64,000 bases of DNA from Eledone cirrhosa (Eukaryota): the NCBI GenBank assembly GCA_964016885.1, contig OZ024758.1:23312001-23376000 (forward strand), given 5' to 3'. Below, piece after piece: positions 25,201 to 38,592 of this stretch (the first letter of the stretch is position 1; the number at the start of each line of letters is the position of its first letter). The position numbers were made by a program, and so were the translations under genes. Under the pieces are notes generated by a model that saw only the letters and a list, made by a program, of their open reading frames with translations, was not told where the DNA came from and ran no database searches.

Positions 25201-27172
25201 TTTGGTGTCCCCACCTAGTGAGGTGTGTAGCTGAGTGGTAAGATTGTTGGTAAAGATGTAAAGCAAAATTGACCTCAGTTCAATTTAAAATCAGAATGTA
25301 AAGAGTTTCAATTAAACATTGCAAAACATTTTTGTTAAATTCTCTACTATTTCTGCCAATTCCATTAGTGATATATGAAAAAAACTATTATGTTAGGTTT
25401 TATGGTTGTCTTCCTTCACTAAAGAAGATTTATGAAGGGACCTGCCCACATTTAATGCAGATTTACTGGTGACTGACAGGACCAATAACAGACACAATGA
25501 CAGCAGCTGCAAGACAAGAGAAATTCTGTTCTGGGCTTCGTATTGTTGTGATATGTTTCTTCCTCCTCCTTCTTTTGTCCTCAATATCATCCCACGGAAC
25601 ATTCTGAACAGAGGAAACAGGCTGTATGTATGGCAAATCACCAGATTACTGATCAGGCTGGATATGTTGTGTTACTAGGTCACATGATCAGAGCTCACAT
25701 CAGCCCAATGAGAATTCCCAACAGAGGAAACAGGCTGTATGTATTGTGTGTCAGCAGATCACATGATCAGAGCTCACATCAGCCCAGTAAGACTTCTCAA
25801 CGGAAGGAACAGGCAGGTATATGGTGTGTCAGCAGATCGCATGATCACAGCTTACATCAGCCCAATGAGAATTCTCAACAGAGGAAACAGGTTGGACATG
25901 TTGTGTTACTAGGTCACGTGATCAGAGATTACATCAGCCCACTTTTCTAGAATATTACAAACCTTGTGAATAACATTTACTATGTTACTATAACAACATT
26001 AAAAACATTTGTTTAAAAAAAAAACCTATAAATCTAAAATGAAAAAATGTTTACTTACTTTGGGACAATCAGGTTTTTGAGAAAATTTGGACATAATGGT
26101 ATCACCAGCATGGTTCCTTAAATGAATAACATAGAATACAAGGTTTCACAACACAAAATATACTTTCATATACTTTAATATTTTGAACTTAGTTTTATTT
26201 TGAACTTAGTTTTATTTTGAACTTTAGTTTCAAGACTAAACTGTAATTGAACTAAGAATCTATATTTTTAAACAAAGTATATGTAGACCAAACCATCGAT
26301 GAAGGGAGGTAGATTTAAGTCTAAATTAAATTATAAATTATAAATTTATATCCGAATTGAGAGATCACAGCTCCGATACTATGGGCATGTGGTTAGAATG
26401 TCTCAGGAAAGAATCACTGGACAGATTTTATGGGCAAAACCAACCGGCAGGAGACCCAGGGGTAGACCCTGAGCAAGATGGTTGGTCTGGTATCACGTGG
26501 TTATCCAGCCAGATCAGTTGGAGATGGTTGCTTCTGACAAGACCCACTGAGAGAAGTGTTTGAGAACTCTGCCTCCAACACCCTCTCAGGAATAAGTGGT
26601 CGAAGAAGATATATGTATGTATCTTTATACGTCTGTATGCATGCATGCATGTATGTATGTATGTGTGTATGTGTGTGTATGTATGTATATGTGTGGATGT
26701 ATATATACATGTATGTATGTGATTTTACAAGTGTAAGATTGAAATTTTATTCATTTCTGTAGGTAGCCAGATTTTTATTTCAAGGATATAATTACATAAA
26801 GATAATTGAAGTGTCTCTAATTAAAACAAAACACACTATTAAAGGAAACAAAAAAGGAGGAAAAAACAAAGGAAATGAAAAGACAAAAAAGAAAAAAGGA
26901 TCCAGCAACAAAAAGGTGTGTGGGGGGGGGGGGGGGGGGGGGGGGCAGACACTACACTCCTGTCTGGGAAGTGCCTCAGCGTGCCCCACAGACATCATGG
27001 CTAAGGTGTTACTGCAGAGAATGGCCAGAGACACCCACTGCACCAGCCACCCCAGTTCAAATCATCCAAATCATTAACTTAAAAATTAACATCATCATCA
27101 GAAGGGATGTTGCTTCTGACAGGACCCACTTGAAGGAGTGTTTGAGGACTCTGGCCCCACACGACCCTAAGA

Positions 27173-27217
<45 letters not shown>

Positions 27218-30200
27218 TTTGCTAGAGAGTGACCACTCCATTGTTCAAAGCCAGTCAAGCATAACTCCCCATCAGCATATGTATGTATATATATATATAT
27301 ATCATCATCATCATCACTGTTTTACATCCGTTCTTCCACGCTAGCATGGGTTAGGCGGATGTCCTGTTGTGGGCAGTGCCTGGTCAGCTGACCTTGTCTT
27401 GCTCATACAGGAACTGACTCTGGCTTGATTTCTACAGCTGGATGCCCTTCCTAACACCAACCTCATTTACAGTGAGTGCTGGGTATTTTTTTCCGTGGTG
27501 CCTACACATCCACTTTACAGTGTGGGCTGGGTGCTTTTTTGCTGTGGCACCTCCACGACCACTTTACAGTGGGAGGGTGTGGTGGCTTATGTAGAAATAT
27601 ATGTATATATAATATTATATATTAAAATTAAATGAGAAAAACTAATTCTGGAAGTATAAACAAGATAGACAAAAAAGTATTCTATCTAACGTTGCTTATA
27701 TATATGTATGTGTGTGTGTGTGCGTGTGCAAAAAGCAAACAGAAATAACAAAGCAAGACACAGTACAATGAAGAACATAAAGGGACGTAACTATATGCTG
27801 CAAAGCATGTTGTCTGACACTCTACTGATTCTGCCAATCCACCGCCTTCATGATAATACAATAATAAGAATACAACCTAAACAATATATGTTTATCTCGT
27901 TAGCATTTAAACTGGCCATATCCAGCCAGAATTCTCTCACCTCATTCTGTTCAAATCAGCCATAACTAGCCACTTATACTCATGTTAAGGTATTGTTTTC
28001 AAAATAAATAATATCAAAATTTCACAGATTCGATATTATGTGAGGTAAAGCCTTAACTATGAAAATACATAGAGTAATGTAAATGGTAAAAGGTTAAAAT
28101 ATCAGGTAATTTTTAAAAAAACACAAACTCACCTTAGAATATCTTCCCAGACTTTTGTATCATAGAAAGCATGACTCCACATAAGATGACCAGTCCCAAC
28201 AAACTTGTTCCGTGTAAACATACTTTGGCTAATATTCTTGTATAGCCTACAACATTCATCAGGTGGAATCCGGTAAAGCATGATCAACCCGAGCATTAGA
28301 GCTCCGGTACTAACACCGCAAACATAGTCAAACAGTTTCCATAAATCGGTTTTACAAGCTTCTTGTAATTTGCATAATGTTTCAAGGGCAATTACACCTC
28401 TGTAAAAAAAAAAATTAAAAAAATTAAAAAGAAGTATTAAAAATAAACATTTTGGGAAGATTCTGTTTTACTGTGTTGGCAATAACTGGGTGGTTTTATT
28501 AACCTTCAACACGCTGTTGGCGACAAATTGCGACAAGAGAGTAATTTCCCCTTAATACACTTTATTTCACATAATTATCTCACATAATATCAAACGGCTT
28601 TCGTCCCCTCATGTCTAAGAGCACGCGCCTTAGCTCTGACTAGGTAGCCTTCGTGCTTAGCATTGAAGAATTGGTCTAGGGCCAATCTCATCGCAAGAAT
28701 GTCGGTTGCGATACCTTTGCTAATTGCCTCTCTAGTTTTTTCCCACTAGTTTCCTCTGTACTCTAGTTTTCTCTATTGCTACAGCTTTGCTAAATCTTAT
28801 TGATTCTACTTTAATTGCGCTTATTAATAATTGTTTCTACTTTTGGCACAAGGCCAGCAAATTACCCAGTACATTACTGGTACTTTATTTTATCGATCCC
28901 GTAAGGCTGAAAGGCAAAGTTAACCTCGGCGGGGTTTGAACGCAGAATGGCAAGGGCCGTAACTCTATGCGTCAAAGCATGGCGTCCGACCCTCTACCGA
29001 TACTGCCAACCCACCGCCCTTTTTTTGCGCTTATTAATAATAATAATAGATTTAAAGCTTACCTCGTTCCGCCACCGTCTATTGATAATATTCTGATACC
29101 TCTTCCTTTAGGGGGTAAAACATAGCCCACTAGACTAAGAGCTTCATAAGCACGAGACCGAATACTTGGTACCTCTGACTGTGACATCCGTAATAACACA
29201 TTCACAGCACCAGCCTGTAAAAAAAAAAAAAAACATTAGCATCATCATTATTATCATTGAGGGTGGAGAGAGAAGTGCTGCCGCCCCCCCTCCCCCTCTC
29301 CCTCCCCAGTACATTTGCTGAAAGGTGGGTGTCTGTGGCGAGAATGGCCCGTGTAAATGGGCCTACTCTGATCATGCGCCTGTAGACTGGTGAATTTGAG
29401 GAGCAGGGGGAGGTGCACTTGAAGAGTCGGGTGGTTCAGGATTGGTGGGGTACCCGAATCAATCCTGGGTGGTTACCCCCCCCCCCCCCACACACACACA
29501 CACATTGAGTAATTTTCATTGTTGTATTTTTCTTGTTTATTGTTATTGTTTTCCTATTTTTTACTCGATTTTTGTGTGAAACCCCAACTGTCCCCCGTCT
29601 ATTGTATTGTCCCCTATATGTTGGCCCTTGTGGCCAATAAATGAAACTATTATTATTATTACTATCATAACTCTATGCTGCAAAGCATGTTGTAGGTAGA
29701 GCATCAGACATGATACTTTGCAGCATAGAGTTATGGCACTTTACGTTCTGAACTCATATCCCGCCGAGGTTAGCTTTGCCAGTAATACACTGAGATAATT
29801 GCTGGCCTTGTGCCAAAAGTAGAAACATTATTATTATTATTATCATTATAATTGTTTATACTTTAGGCACAAGGCCAGCAAATACCCAGTGTATTACTGG
29901 TACTTTAATTTATAATCTGTTCAATACTTTCATATACAAATTTTTCCACAGCACCACAAGGGGCACCTTTCTTTTCTTTTTCCTCTAAATTTCTGTCCAT
30001 TTTTAGTATTAAAAAATATATTAAATAATAATAATGCAAATTATTGTGTACAGTGCTCAGATGCACTACAACTCATAAAAGGTGCATGTATAGTACATAG
30101 AATAATGTACAAATGTCAGGAAAGTGAACAGTGTATGAGTCATGATATACATGTGTATGGAGGGGGAATATCAGGTGTAGTGTTGACAAATTTCAGGAAG

Positions 30201-31415
30201 CATGGAACTTTGACCAAGCTTAATTTTCTTTTTTCCATTTTAAACTGTAACCCTTTAGCATTTAGATTACTCTATATATATTATTATATTTTCATTGTAA
30301 AGGCTTTACCTCACATAATATCAAATGAATGAGATTTTGATGTTATTTATTTTGAGAACAATACTTTAACATCACTATGAACAGCCAGTTTGAAGAGAAA
30401 GAGATAAGAGAATTTTGGCCGAATAGAGCTGGTTTAAATGCTAAGGGGTTAAAAGTTGATACCAAGGTATCAAATAGAAAATATAGATTCAATTCGCAGC
30501 TGATACTCTTTCTTTTCTTTTTCCTCTAAATTTCTGACCATTTTTTTAGCTTTAAAAAAATATATTCTTTGACCAAGCTTAATTTTTCTTTTTTTTTCTA
30601 TTTTAAACTTTTTTTAAAAAATCAAAAGTTATAAAATTTACCTTTTTTACAATGGACCGAGAAGCAGGATATATCATGAGGTGCTTGTTTAAATCATCTA
30701 TCCTCGTTGTTTTTGATGAAATTGACTGGGCCAACTTCAGATTGTTCACTAAAGCACGAGATCTGTTTTCAACCGCAGTCCGTGAAATAAAATCTTTTCG
30801 TATCACAGGTTTTTTTTTTACATCTGTTTTCTCTTCATCAAGATCTTTTCTCACAGACACCCAGGAAACCAGTTTGTTGAGATTTGCTTCGTTTTTTTTT
30901 AAATCATTTGGTGCAGCAACTTTAGGTTTTGTAGTAGCTGGAAAATTTTTCTTGGATTCATAAAAAGAAGCTACACTTTCATGTGTCTCCATCATCATTT
31001 CTTCAAAAGTAGACAAATCTTTCTTGTTTTTATGAGTGCTGACAGATGGTTTTTTGGAAGAGGAGTCCTTTGTATTCTTAACATATTTTATGTTTTCCAA
31101 ATAAGTTTCAATGAATTTATAATAATGTTTTATCATTTGATTGATGTCAGTTTCACGTAGTGCTGTTACATTACCAAAATTATTTGTCTTTTTTACTAAA
31201 CTTTTCAGTTGGTCTTTGACAGAATACATAAAGTCGTGTTTCTTTTTTGAAGTAACATCTTTCGTGACTGTTCTAAAGTGAATTGTAGAAGTATTAGAGC
31301 ATTTTGGATCAAGTTCTATACCATTAGCAGATACAGACCAACTTTTTGGCATGCAGAAAATGAATTGTTTTTGTTTCTGAACCATACAGTTTGGAACGCT
31401 TCGAATGCTGGACAT
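15969..31415 (-). CDS. PNPLA8: Calcium-independent phospholipase A2-gamma (patatin-like phospholipase domain-containing 8)
   Basis: complement(join(15969..16222,17394..17589,23474..23665,26059..26116,28133..28399,29063..29214,30642..31415)) = 1893 nt, 630 aa. Patatin motifs are intact: [27 protein letters not shown] (nucleophile), [29 protein letters not shown]. The start codon is inferred. Confidence 0.95.
17394..17589 (-). CDS. PNPLA8: PNPLA8 exon with DGG catalytic Asp
   Basis: [37 protein letters not shown]...DSATDTE g|gtaatt. Confidence 0.95.
17735..18291. mobile_element. hAT-like MITE with a nested SINE
   Basis: TIR CAGGGGTCAGCAAC/GTTGCCAACCCCTA; TSD ATGTAAGT/ATGTAGGT. Confidence 0.7.
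19673..22400. repeat. 60-bp satellite (about 43 copies) expanded inside a piggyBac-like MITE, with an internal inverted block 20205..20834
   Basis: Unit ATGTTATGTGAGATAAAGCCTTTACCATGAAAATACAATAGTATACATAGAGTAATGTGA; bounded by TTAACCCTTTAG..CTAAAGGGTTAA. Confidence 0.92.
22619..22955 (+). mobile_element. tRNA-head CORE-type SINE
   Basis: Same family as 8027..8416, 46211..46556, 54975..55336 and 57311..57640. Confidence 0.8.
23095..23321. mobile_element. piggyBac-like MITE (representative copy)
   Basis: TTAA-CCC...GGG-TTAA ends; more than ten copies or fragments in the window, e.g. 3964..4191, 43645..43850, 59692..59893. Confidence 0.8.
23474..23665 (-). CDS. PNPLA8: PNPLA8 exon
   Basis: MSALSCVVN...YVFRTYNLP...[14 protein letters not shown]...HQ|gtaagt. 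Confidence 0.95.
23779..24502 (+). mobile_element. Head-to-tail array (about 3.5 units) of a second tRNA-derived SINE
   Basis: A box TGGCAGTATCGG, B box GAGTTCAAATCC, central GCCTTTCATCCTTACGGGGTCGATAAAATAAAGTACCAG (Meta/Sauria-SINE-like domain); more than 15 dispersed copies. Confidence 0.8.
26059..26116 (-). CDS. PNPLA8: PNPLA8 exon
   Basis: (R)[19 protein letters not shown]|gtaagt. Confidence 0.88.
28133..28399 (-). CDS. PNPLA8: PNPLA8 exon with GVSTG lipase motif
   Basis: GVIALETL...[12 protein letters not shown]...[13 protein letters not shown]|gtgagt. Confidence 0.95.
29063..29214 (-). CDS. PNPLA8: PNPLA8 exon
   Basis: [10 protein letters not shown]...[23 protein letters not shown](R)|gtaagc. 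Confidence 0.95.
30642..31415 (-). CDS. PNPLA8: PNPLA8 first coding exon (long N-terminal region)
   Basis: Acceptor at 31435-36, ATG at 31415 (MSSIRSV...), ends ...[15 protein letters not shown]...[17 protein letters not shown]|gtaaat. Confidence 0.85.
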
Positions 31416-31562
31416 TTTTTCTTCATTCCAATATCTGAAAAAAGAAAATGTATAGTTTCTGTAAAATGGAATATCCATTTTATTAACATCACCTTAAGAA
31501 ATACAATTATTTAGAGACAATATTCACATAAATATGAAAAACTAAATCTGAATGCTTGTAAA

Positions 31563-32223
31563 AACCTTACAATATGACAACCTGACTAACTTTATAATGA
31601 GACAGCCTGTCTAACCTTATGATATGACAGCCTGTCTAACCTTATGATATGACAGCCTGTCTAACCTTACAATATGACAACCTGACTAACCTTATAATGA
31701 GACAGCCTGTCTAACCTTATAATATGACAGCCTGTCTAACCTTATAATATGACAGCCTGTCTAACCTTATAATATGACAGCCTGTCTAACCTTATGATAT
31801 GACAGCCTGTCTAACCTTATGATATGACAACCTGTCTAACCTTATAAGACAGCCTGACTAACCTTATGATAGGACAACCTGACTAACCTTATAACATGAC
31901 AGCCTGTCTAACCTTATGATATGACAACCTGACTAACCTTATAATGAGAACCTGACTAACCTTATAACATGACAGCCTGTCTAACCTTATATGACAGCCT
32001 GTCTAACCTTATAATAAGACAGCCTGTCTAACCTTATAATAAGACAGCCTGTCTAACCTTATAATATGACAGCCTGACTAACCTTATAATGAGACAGCCT
32101 GACTAACCTTTTAATATGACAGCCTGTCTAACCTTATAACATGACAACTTGTCTAACCTTACAGCAGGACAGCCTGACTAACCTTATAACATGATAGCCT
32201 GTCTAACCTTATGATATGACAGC
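31563..32223. repeat. 25-bp minisatellite (about 26 copies)
   Basis: Unit AACCTTATAATATGACAGCCTGTCT. Confidence 0.9.
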
Positions 32224-34134
32224 ATGGAAAATGGCTGTTAAATGGCAATGATGATTATATATATATATTGCTGATTGATTATTTATAATACTTAGAGTTC
32301 AATGAGGCGAAGCAGATACAATAAATAACAAACTTGTGGCATTAGACAGTAGGTAGGTGTTTTATAGTAGCAGTCTTTATATCCGATGTCACTGTGTGAT
32401 TTATTTAAGCAACTTCTTGCTATACATGGAGCCAAGGTAGACTTTCAAAAGACTCATGGAATCATTTGTTTGAAACAAGTTGATGAAATATTTACTTAGC
32501 AATGAAGTTGTGTTAGATTATCAAGATATGTTTATTACAAAGCAGTTACTCCGCAGCCTTTCTAACTATATGTGATTTGTGTTGTTTATCAATCAGAGGG
32601 AAATGGACAGTTTCTATGGCCTTTGTATAACCTCTCATGGGTGAAACTGATAAAGTTGTTTTTGAACTTTTGTAGTTTGGTAACTGAAGGAAGAATGTAT
32701 CAGAAGTGGGATCCACGTGGCTGCATCTCTAAGGGAGAGGGAAGGAATCATTGAGTAAATTGTTTAGTGCAACAGTCATCAACCGGCGGTCCGTGGACCA
32801 CCTGTGGTCCAAGACAAAATTTTGGTGGTCCGCAGAAAAATTTGGACATTATTTGCAATTTTTATGTTTTATTAATAATTGTTTCTACTTTTGGCACAAG
32901 GCCAGCAATTAGCCCCAGTACATTACTGGTACTTTATTTTATTAACCCTGAAAGGATGAAAGGCAAAGTTAACCTCGGCGGGATTTGAACTCAAAACATA
33001 AAGGGCCATAACTCTATGCTGCAAAGTATGGTGTCTGACGCTCTACTGATATTGTCAATTCACCGCCTTATTAATAATAAAACAAAAATAATATTCGGTT
33101 AAAATATATTTTATAACCCCACTAAAAAATGTTTTAATAGGTACATTTCATATTAATAAAATGGAAGTTCTCTGATAATTATTTTACAAATATATTTATC
33201 TTTTTTTTTTAAATTCATATTAGTGGTCTGCGGGATTTAAAATAATGAATTTAGTGGTCTGTGAGGTCTGAAATGTTGGCGACCACTGGTTTAGTGTGTG
33301 TTCTGGAGAGCGAAACAGTTGAGGAGGTGTCAAGAAGAGAAAAGACATGGCATTGTGTTGGCTTACATAGAAGAGATATACAGTTTGTTTGTTCAGAGGT
33401 AGATACAACAACCATTGAAGTTGTAGTAGAGAAGTGGCAGAGAAAAAGTAGTATGTCTATGAGGTAGTAGTTGTAGTGTTTTGCTGGTTGGATCTTCGCC
33501 AAACATAACTCTTTCTTTTGACGCACACAGTATTGTTTATTTGTACATTTGCTTCCGAAATGTTAGCAGTACTTTAATTTAACCTTTTAACATTTACATT
33601 ATATTTACTATTGTATTTTCGCATATTGTATCTCACATAATATTGAATCTATGAGATTTTGATTTTATGTATTTTGAGAACAATACCTTAAAACCAATAC
33701 AAATGGCCAGTTACAGCCAGTTTGAACAGAAAGAGGTGAGAGAATTCTGGCCGAATACACCCGGTTTAACCCTTTAGCATTTACATTACTCTATATTTAC
33801 TATTGTATTTTCATAGTAAACACTTTATTTCACATAATATTGAATTTACAAGATTTTGATATTTATTTTGAGAACAATACCTTAAAGCCAGTTTGAACTA
33901 AAAGAGGTGAGAGAATTCTGGCCGAATATGGCCGGTTTAAATGCTAAAGGGTTAAGAGAGTGTTGGATAATATGCTGAGTTGTATTTGTTCTGTCTCTCT
34001 GTGCTCTGAGTTCAAATCCCACTGAGGTAAATTTTGCCTTTCATACCTTTGAGGTTGATAAATGAAATATCGGTCCACGGCAGTAGATTGGCAGAAATTA
34101 TTTATTGGAGGAGTAAATACCCAAATTTGATTAC

Positions 34135-34175
34135 CTTTTGAAACTACAAGCCTTTCATCTCATCATTAATACCAC
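34135..34175 (-). other. Candidate non-coding 5' UTR exon of PNPLA8
   Basis: ttttccag| 41 nt |gtaatc on the minus strand in unique sequence; stops in all three frames. Confidence 0.35.
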
Positions 34176-34489
34176 CTGGAAAAGTATAAAAATCTCAACT
34201 TCTGATTTCTCCCCTCCAATATATTTGAAATGGTAAAACTGTATCGAAATTTTATAATTTACTTATCTTCGCTATATCAATCAATTTGTGAAATGGGTCA
34301 GCACTAAATATACATAAATGTAATTGACAGTAGGTGACTGACATTCTGATAAATAATTTAATTGCTTTTTCCTGTGTTTATTTCAACTATTCAACTACCT
34401 AAATTACCAAATAAATCTTTGATGCCAGGAAAATGATTGAGAAAAGAGAAGGTGTAGCATCTTGCACAGGAAATAACAGAGTCTATGAC

Positions 34490-35233
34490 AGAACAGCACA
34501 GCTCCCATGACTTTCGGAAACATTTTTTCACGCTCAGAGTTGCTGAAGCATGGAACAAACTACCTGCATCAGTTGTTAGCTGTCGAGACACTGCATCCTT
34601 TAAAACCTCCATGGAACAAACTACCTGCATCAGTTGTTAGCTGTTGAGACACTGCATCCTTTAAGGCCTCCATGGAACAAACTACCTGCATCAGTTGTTA
34701 GCTGTTGAGACACTGCATCCTTTAAAACCTCCATGGAACAAACTACCTGCATCAGTTGTTAGCTGTTGAGACACTGCATCCTTTAAAACCTCCATGGAAC
34801 AAACTACCTGCATCAGTTGTTAGCTGTTGAGACACTGCATCCTTTAAAACCTCCATGGAACAAACTACCTGCATCAGTTGTTAGCTGTTGAGACACTGCA
34901 TCCTTTAAGGCCTCCATGGAACAAACTACCTGCATCAGTTGTTAGCTGTTGAGACACTGCATCCTTTAAAACCTCCATGGAACAAACTACCTGCATCAGT
35001 TGTTAGCTGTTGAGACACTGCATCCTTTAAAACCTCCATGGAACAAACTACCTGCATCAGTTGTTAGCTGTTGAGACACTGCATCCTTTAAGGCCTCCAT
35101 GCTTCCCGAGATCCGCCAACACTACAGCTAACACATACACACATGTACTTCCCTGACATTTGTGTATTATTCTATGTACTATACATACACCTTTGATGAG
35201 TTGTAGTGCACCTGAGCACTTTACACAATAATT

Positions 35234-35267
<34 letters not shown>
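34490..35267 (+). mobile_element. CR1/L2-type LINE 3' end with about nine 61-bp tandem repeats
   Basis: HDFRKHFFTLRVAEAWNKLPASVVSCRDTASFK followed by a 3' UTR and (ATT)n tail. Confidence 0.8.
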
Positions 35268-35915
35268 GAACTATTCGTATTGATGATTCATCTGAAAATT
35301 AAACATTCTATCTATTCAAATATTGTGATTTCTCAGCTAAAGAACAAATGAAACGTAAGAACATTTGAGGACAGAAGACATAGTCAGAATAATTTGCTAT
35401 ACTTCAACATATAACTTTAAGTAGCAACCTCTCCGACTCTTGCTAGCAGGGAAACTGAGTGTTAAATGATAAAGATGTGGATCTACTATGTATTGTATGT
35501 GTATATATGGTCTTGTAACTCTTAAAGGAGTTGAAGGGATTCCATATCTCAATATGGTGTTTCTAGGGCATTTTAAAACCTGTGGCAGAGCCCATCTCCT
35601 CTCTAGGTCTGAATACAGCAGATTTCTTCCAGAGAAGGGTAGAGAGAGTGACAAAAAGGAAGTAAAAAATAGATATAGAGGAAAAATCGACCCCAGTACT
35701 AGACTCGAATGGATGAAAAACAAAGTTGACTCTCTCAAGAAGAAGACAAACAATACTATCTTTTACTGAACTTATATAAGTTCTTGTTAAACACCATGTC
35801 AACACTGAATGAGCAGACTTAAAATATAAGTCGTTGCAGCCGTGACCATCTCAACATTTAAAGGATATGTAGGACTACATTGTTTAATGTGTCCTTTCAT
35901 TATTTAAGACAGAAG

Positions 35916-36496
35916 GGCGGTGAATTGGCAGTATCGGTAGAGGGTCGGACGCCTTGCTTTTGACGCATAGAGTTACGGCCCTTGCCATTCTGAGTTCAAA
36001 TCCGGCCGAGGTTAACTTTGCCTTTCATCCTTATGGGGTCGATAAAATAAAGTACCAGTAATGTACTGGGTAATTGCTGGCCTTGTGCCAATAGTAGAAA
36101 CAATTATTTAAGACAGTATCGGTAAAGGGTCAGACACCATGCTTTGCAAGCATTGAGTTACGGTCCTTTACGGTCTGAGTTCAAATCTTGCCGAGATTAA
36201 CTTTGCCTTTCATTCTTACGGGGTCGATAAAATAAAGTACCAGTAACGCACTGGGGTTGATTTAATCGACTTTCCCCTCTCCCCAAATTACTGGCCTTGT
36301 GCCTATAGTAGAAACCATTATTTTAGACAGGGTCGGACGCCATGCTTTGTAGCATAGAGTGACCGTTCTTTATGATCTGAGTTCAGATCCCTCCGAGGTT
36401 AACTTTTCCTTTCCTCCTTACGGGATTAATAAAATAAAGTACCAGTAATGGACTGGGATAATTGCTGGCCTTGTGCCAAAAGTAGAAGCAATTATT
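35916..36496 (+). mobile_element. Tandem trimer of the tRNA-derived SINE
   Basis: Three consecutive diverged copies joined by TTTA(A)GACAG. Confidence 0.75.
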
Positions 36497-36959
36497 TAAG
36501 ACAGTACTGTCCCATTAGATGAAGATTTGGCTGCTATTAGTAAACTTAGGTTTCTCGTTGGCTCTAGTTTATACATTTGTAGCTTTAAATGACGTTATAA
36601 TATATTGTTTCTACTTTTGACACAAGGCCAGTAATTATCCCAGTGCATTACAGGTACTTTATATTGTTTACCTTATTCTAGTGGAGCTAACAGTTGCCTG
36701 GAGGAAGAGGAGATGATGGAAGAGAGTGGGGAGAGGAAGAGAGCAAAGTACCAGAGGTTTGGGGAGGAGGGGGATTGTCGCAGGAACGGGAGGAAGACCG
36801 GATGCATGCCAGTGGAAGTTGACAGCTGCGGGTATACAGCTGGTTCCCTTAGCAAAGACTACGGAACTCTGGTCGTTATGGCGAACAAGCAGGAGGAAAG
36901 CCAACAGGAACAAGGTGGAAGGAGCAAGCAGACATGATATTATATTACATAGGAAAAAA

Positions 36960-37529
36960 ACAACACATTTTTCAGCCTGTGGCTTGGCTTTAGAGACGTT
37001 TGGGGGAGTCCGGCCGCTGACTGCGAGGTTCCTTTCCTCACTGGCGGCTCGCCTAATAGAGGTGACTGGCGAATCTCGCGAGGGTGCTTGGCTGTTTCAG
37101 CGCATCAGCCCCGCCATCACCCGAGACAACGCTGCGAGTGTGCTGGCTTGCCTCAAAAATCATTAGAGAGGTTGCCCAGTACTCGCGACGTTGCTGTCTT
37201 TTGCTCTGGTGTTGGCTCCGTTGTTCACCCCTTCCTTTACATTTTCTTTAATATTGTAGCATTGAAGGAATATATCTTTCATTGTATCATCCTTTGTAGT
37301 GTTACCGAGGCATTTGTAATGTTATTTATGGATATATTTAAAACATATTTGTTATGTTATTCTACTGTAAATTTATTTTATGCTCTGTTTATATTTTCAT
37401 TCTGAAGGAATTGCAAACGATTTGTAATGTTGTTTGTGCAACTATGAAGTAGTAATTGTATTATATGTGTTTATATTTTCATTCTGTAAGAATTATAAAC
37501 AATTTGTAACGTTAAAAAAAAAAAAAAAA
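36960..37529 (+). mobile_element. 5'-truncated CRE-like non-LTR retrotransposon (RLE C-terminus, 3' UTR, poly-A)
   Basis: LALETFGG...ARFLSSLAARLIEVTGESREGAWLFQRISPAITRDNAASVL* resembles the CRE-clade RLE tail; A-run at 37514..37529. Confidence 0.7.
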
Positions 37530-38112
37530 CACAGAAAGCCTTGAACCCTCACAGACTGAACTCTATTGACAATGAACACAACCACAAGGATATGGTCCGC
37601 ACGCGGAAGAGCCGAACCCCCACTGCCATCGCCTCCATCTCTCTCGCCCTCCCCATCACTCTGTATGGTGAGCAAATGGGGTCCTACGTGCTGGCCTCCC
37701 CACAGCCCCAGCGGACAGAATGGAGAAGGCGAGGATGGTAAGGGAGATGCGCTGGAAGAGCCCTTCCAACTCGCGAGACTCACACCTGTGGCTGGCCAGC
37801 TCGATGGCCATGGCTGAAGAGAAGTGACCGATGGGGTCAGTAGTATGTATGTAAATAGAACGTCGATTGCCCTAAGCCGTAAATATAACTGTTTCTACTT
37901 TAGGCACAAGGCCAGCAATTACCCAGTGCATTACTGGTACTTTATTTTATCGACCCCGTAAGGATGAAAGGCAAAGTCAACCTCGGCGGGATTTGAACTC
38001 AGATCGTAAAGGGACGTAACTATGCTGGAAAGCATGACGTCCGACCCTCTACCGATACTGCCAAAACACTCAGAAAATACACTGATCATTCCCGTTAAAC
38101 CAGCCACCTACC

Positions 38113-38392
38113 CAGGTCCTGCGTTACCATATAGGCAAACTAGGCAGCCGTCTAGGGCGCTGGTTTCAGGGGGTGCATTTCTCCAAATCAACAACAATTT
38201 TGAAAAATGAATAAATAAATTTCAGTTTTATTGAGGGTCGTTTTTTATCCTGGTTTATTTCATACAGGGACAAATAAATGTTGAAAAAAATTTTTTTTTT
38301 AATTTATTGTTTATAAATTTTGAAATTGATATTTTCCATTGGGATCGCCAGAATCTAACCTTGCCTAGGGTGTCAGTCTGGCACCGGCCCTG
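38113..38392. mobile_element. hAT-like MITE
   Basis: CAGG..CCTG ends; perfect 8-bp TSD CACCTACC. Confidence 0.8.
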
Positions 38393-38422
38393 CACCTACC
38401 CTCATCTCGAGATTCTGTAAAC

Positions 38423-38592
38423 AAGTGGTTCTCAAAGTGGGTTCCGCAGAGGTGCGTGGGGTTGTGTGAAAAACGGTAGAGGAATATATTTATATTACGA
38501 CCATATAACAGTATTAGACTTTGGGCTCCCCCCCCCAAAAAAGTTTCTGAACACAAAAAGGTTCAGCGTTTGAAAAAGTTTGGGAAACCCTG
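38423..38592. mobile_element. hAT-Charlie-like MITE
   Basis: AGTGGTTCTCAAA / TTTGGGAAACCCTG ends; TSD CTGTAAAC; related copy at about 61401..61540. Confidence 0.7.

Noticed and set aside
33220-33526. Overlapping short ORFs upstream of PNPLA8
   Set aside because: No recognisable homology and no convincing splice sites linking them to the gene.
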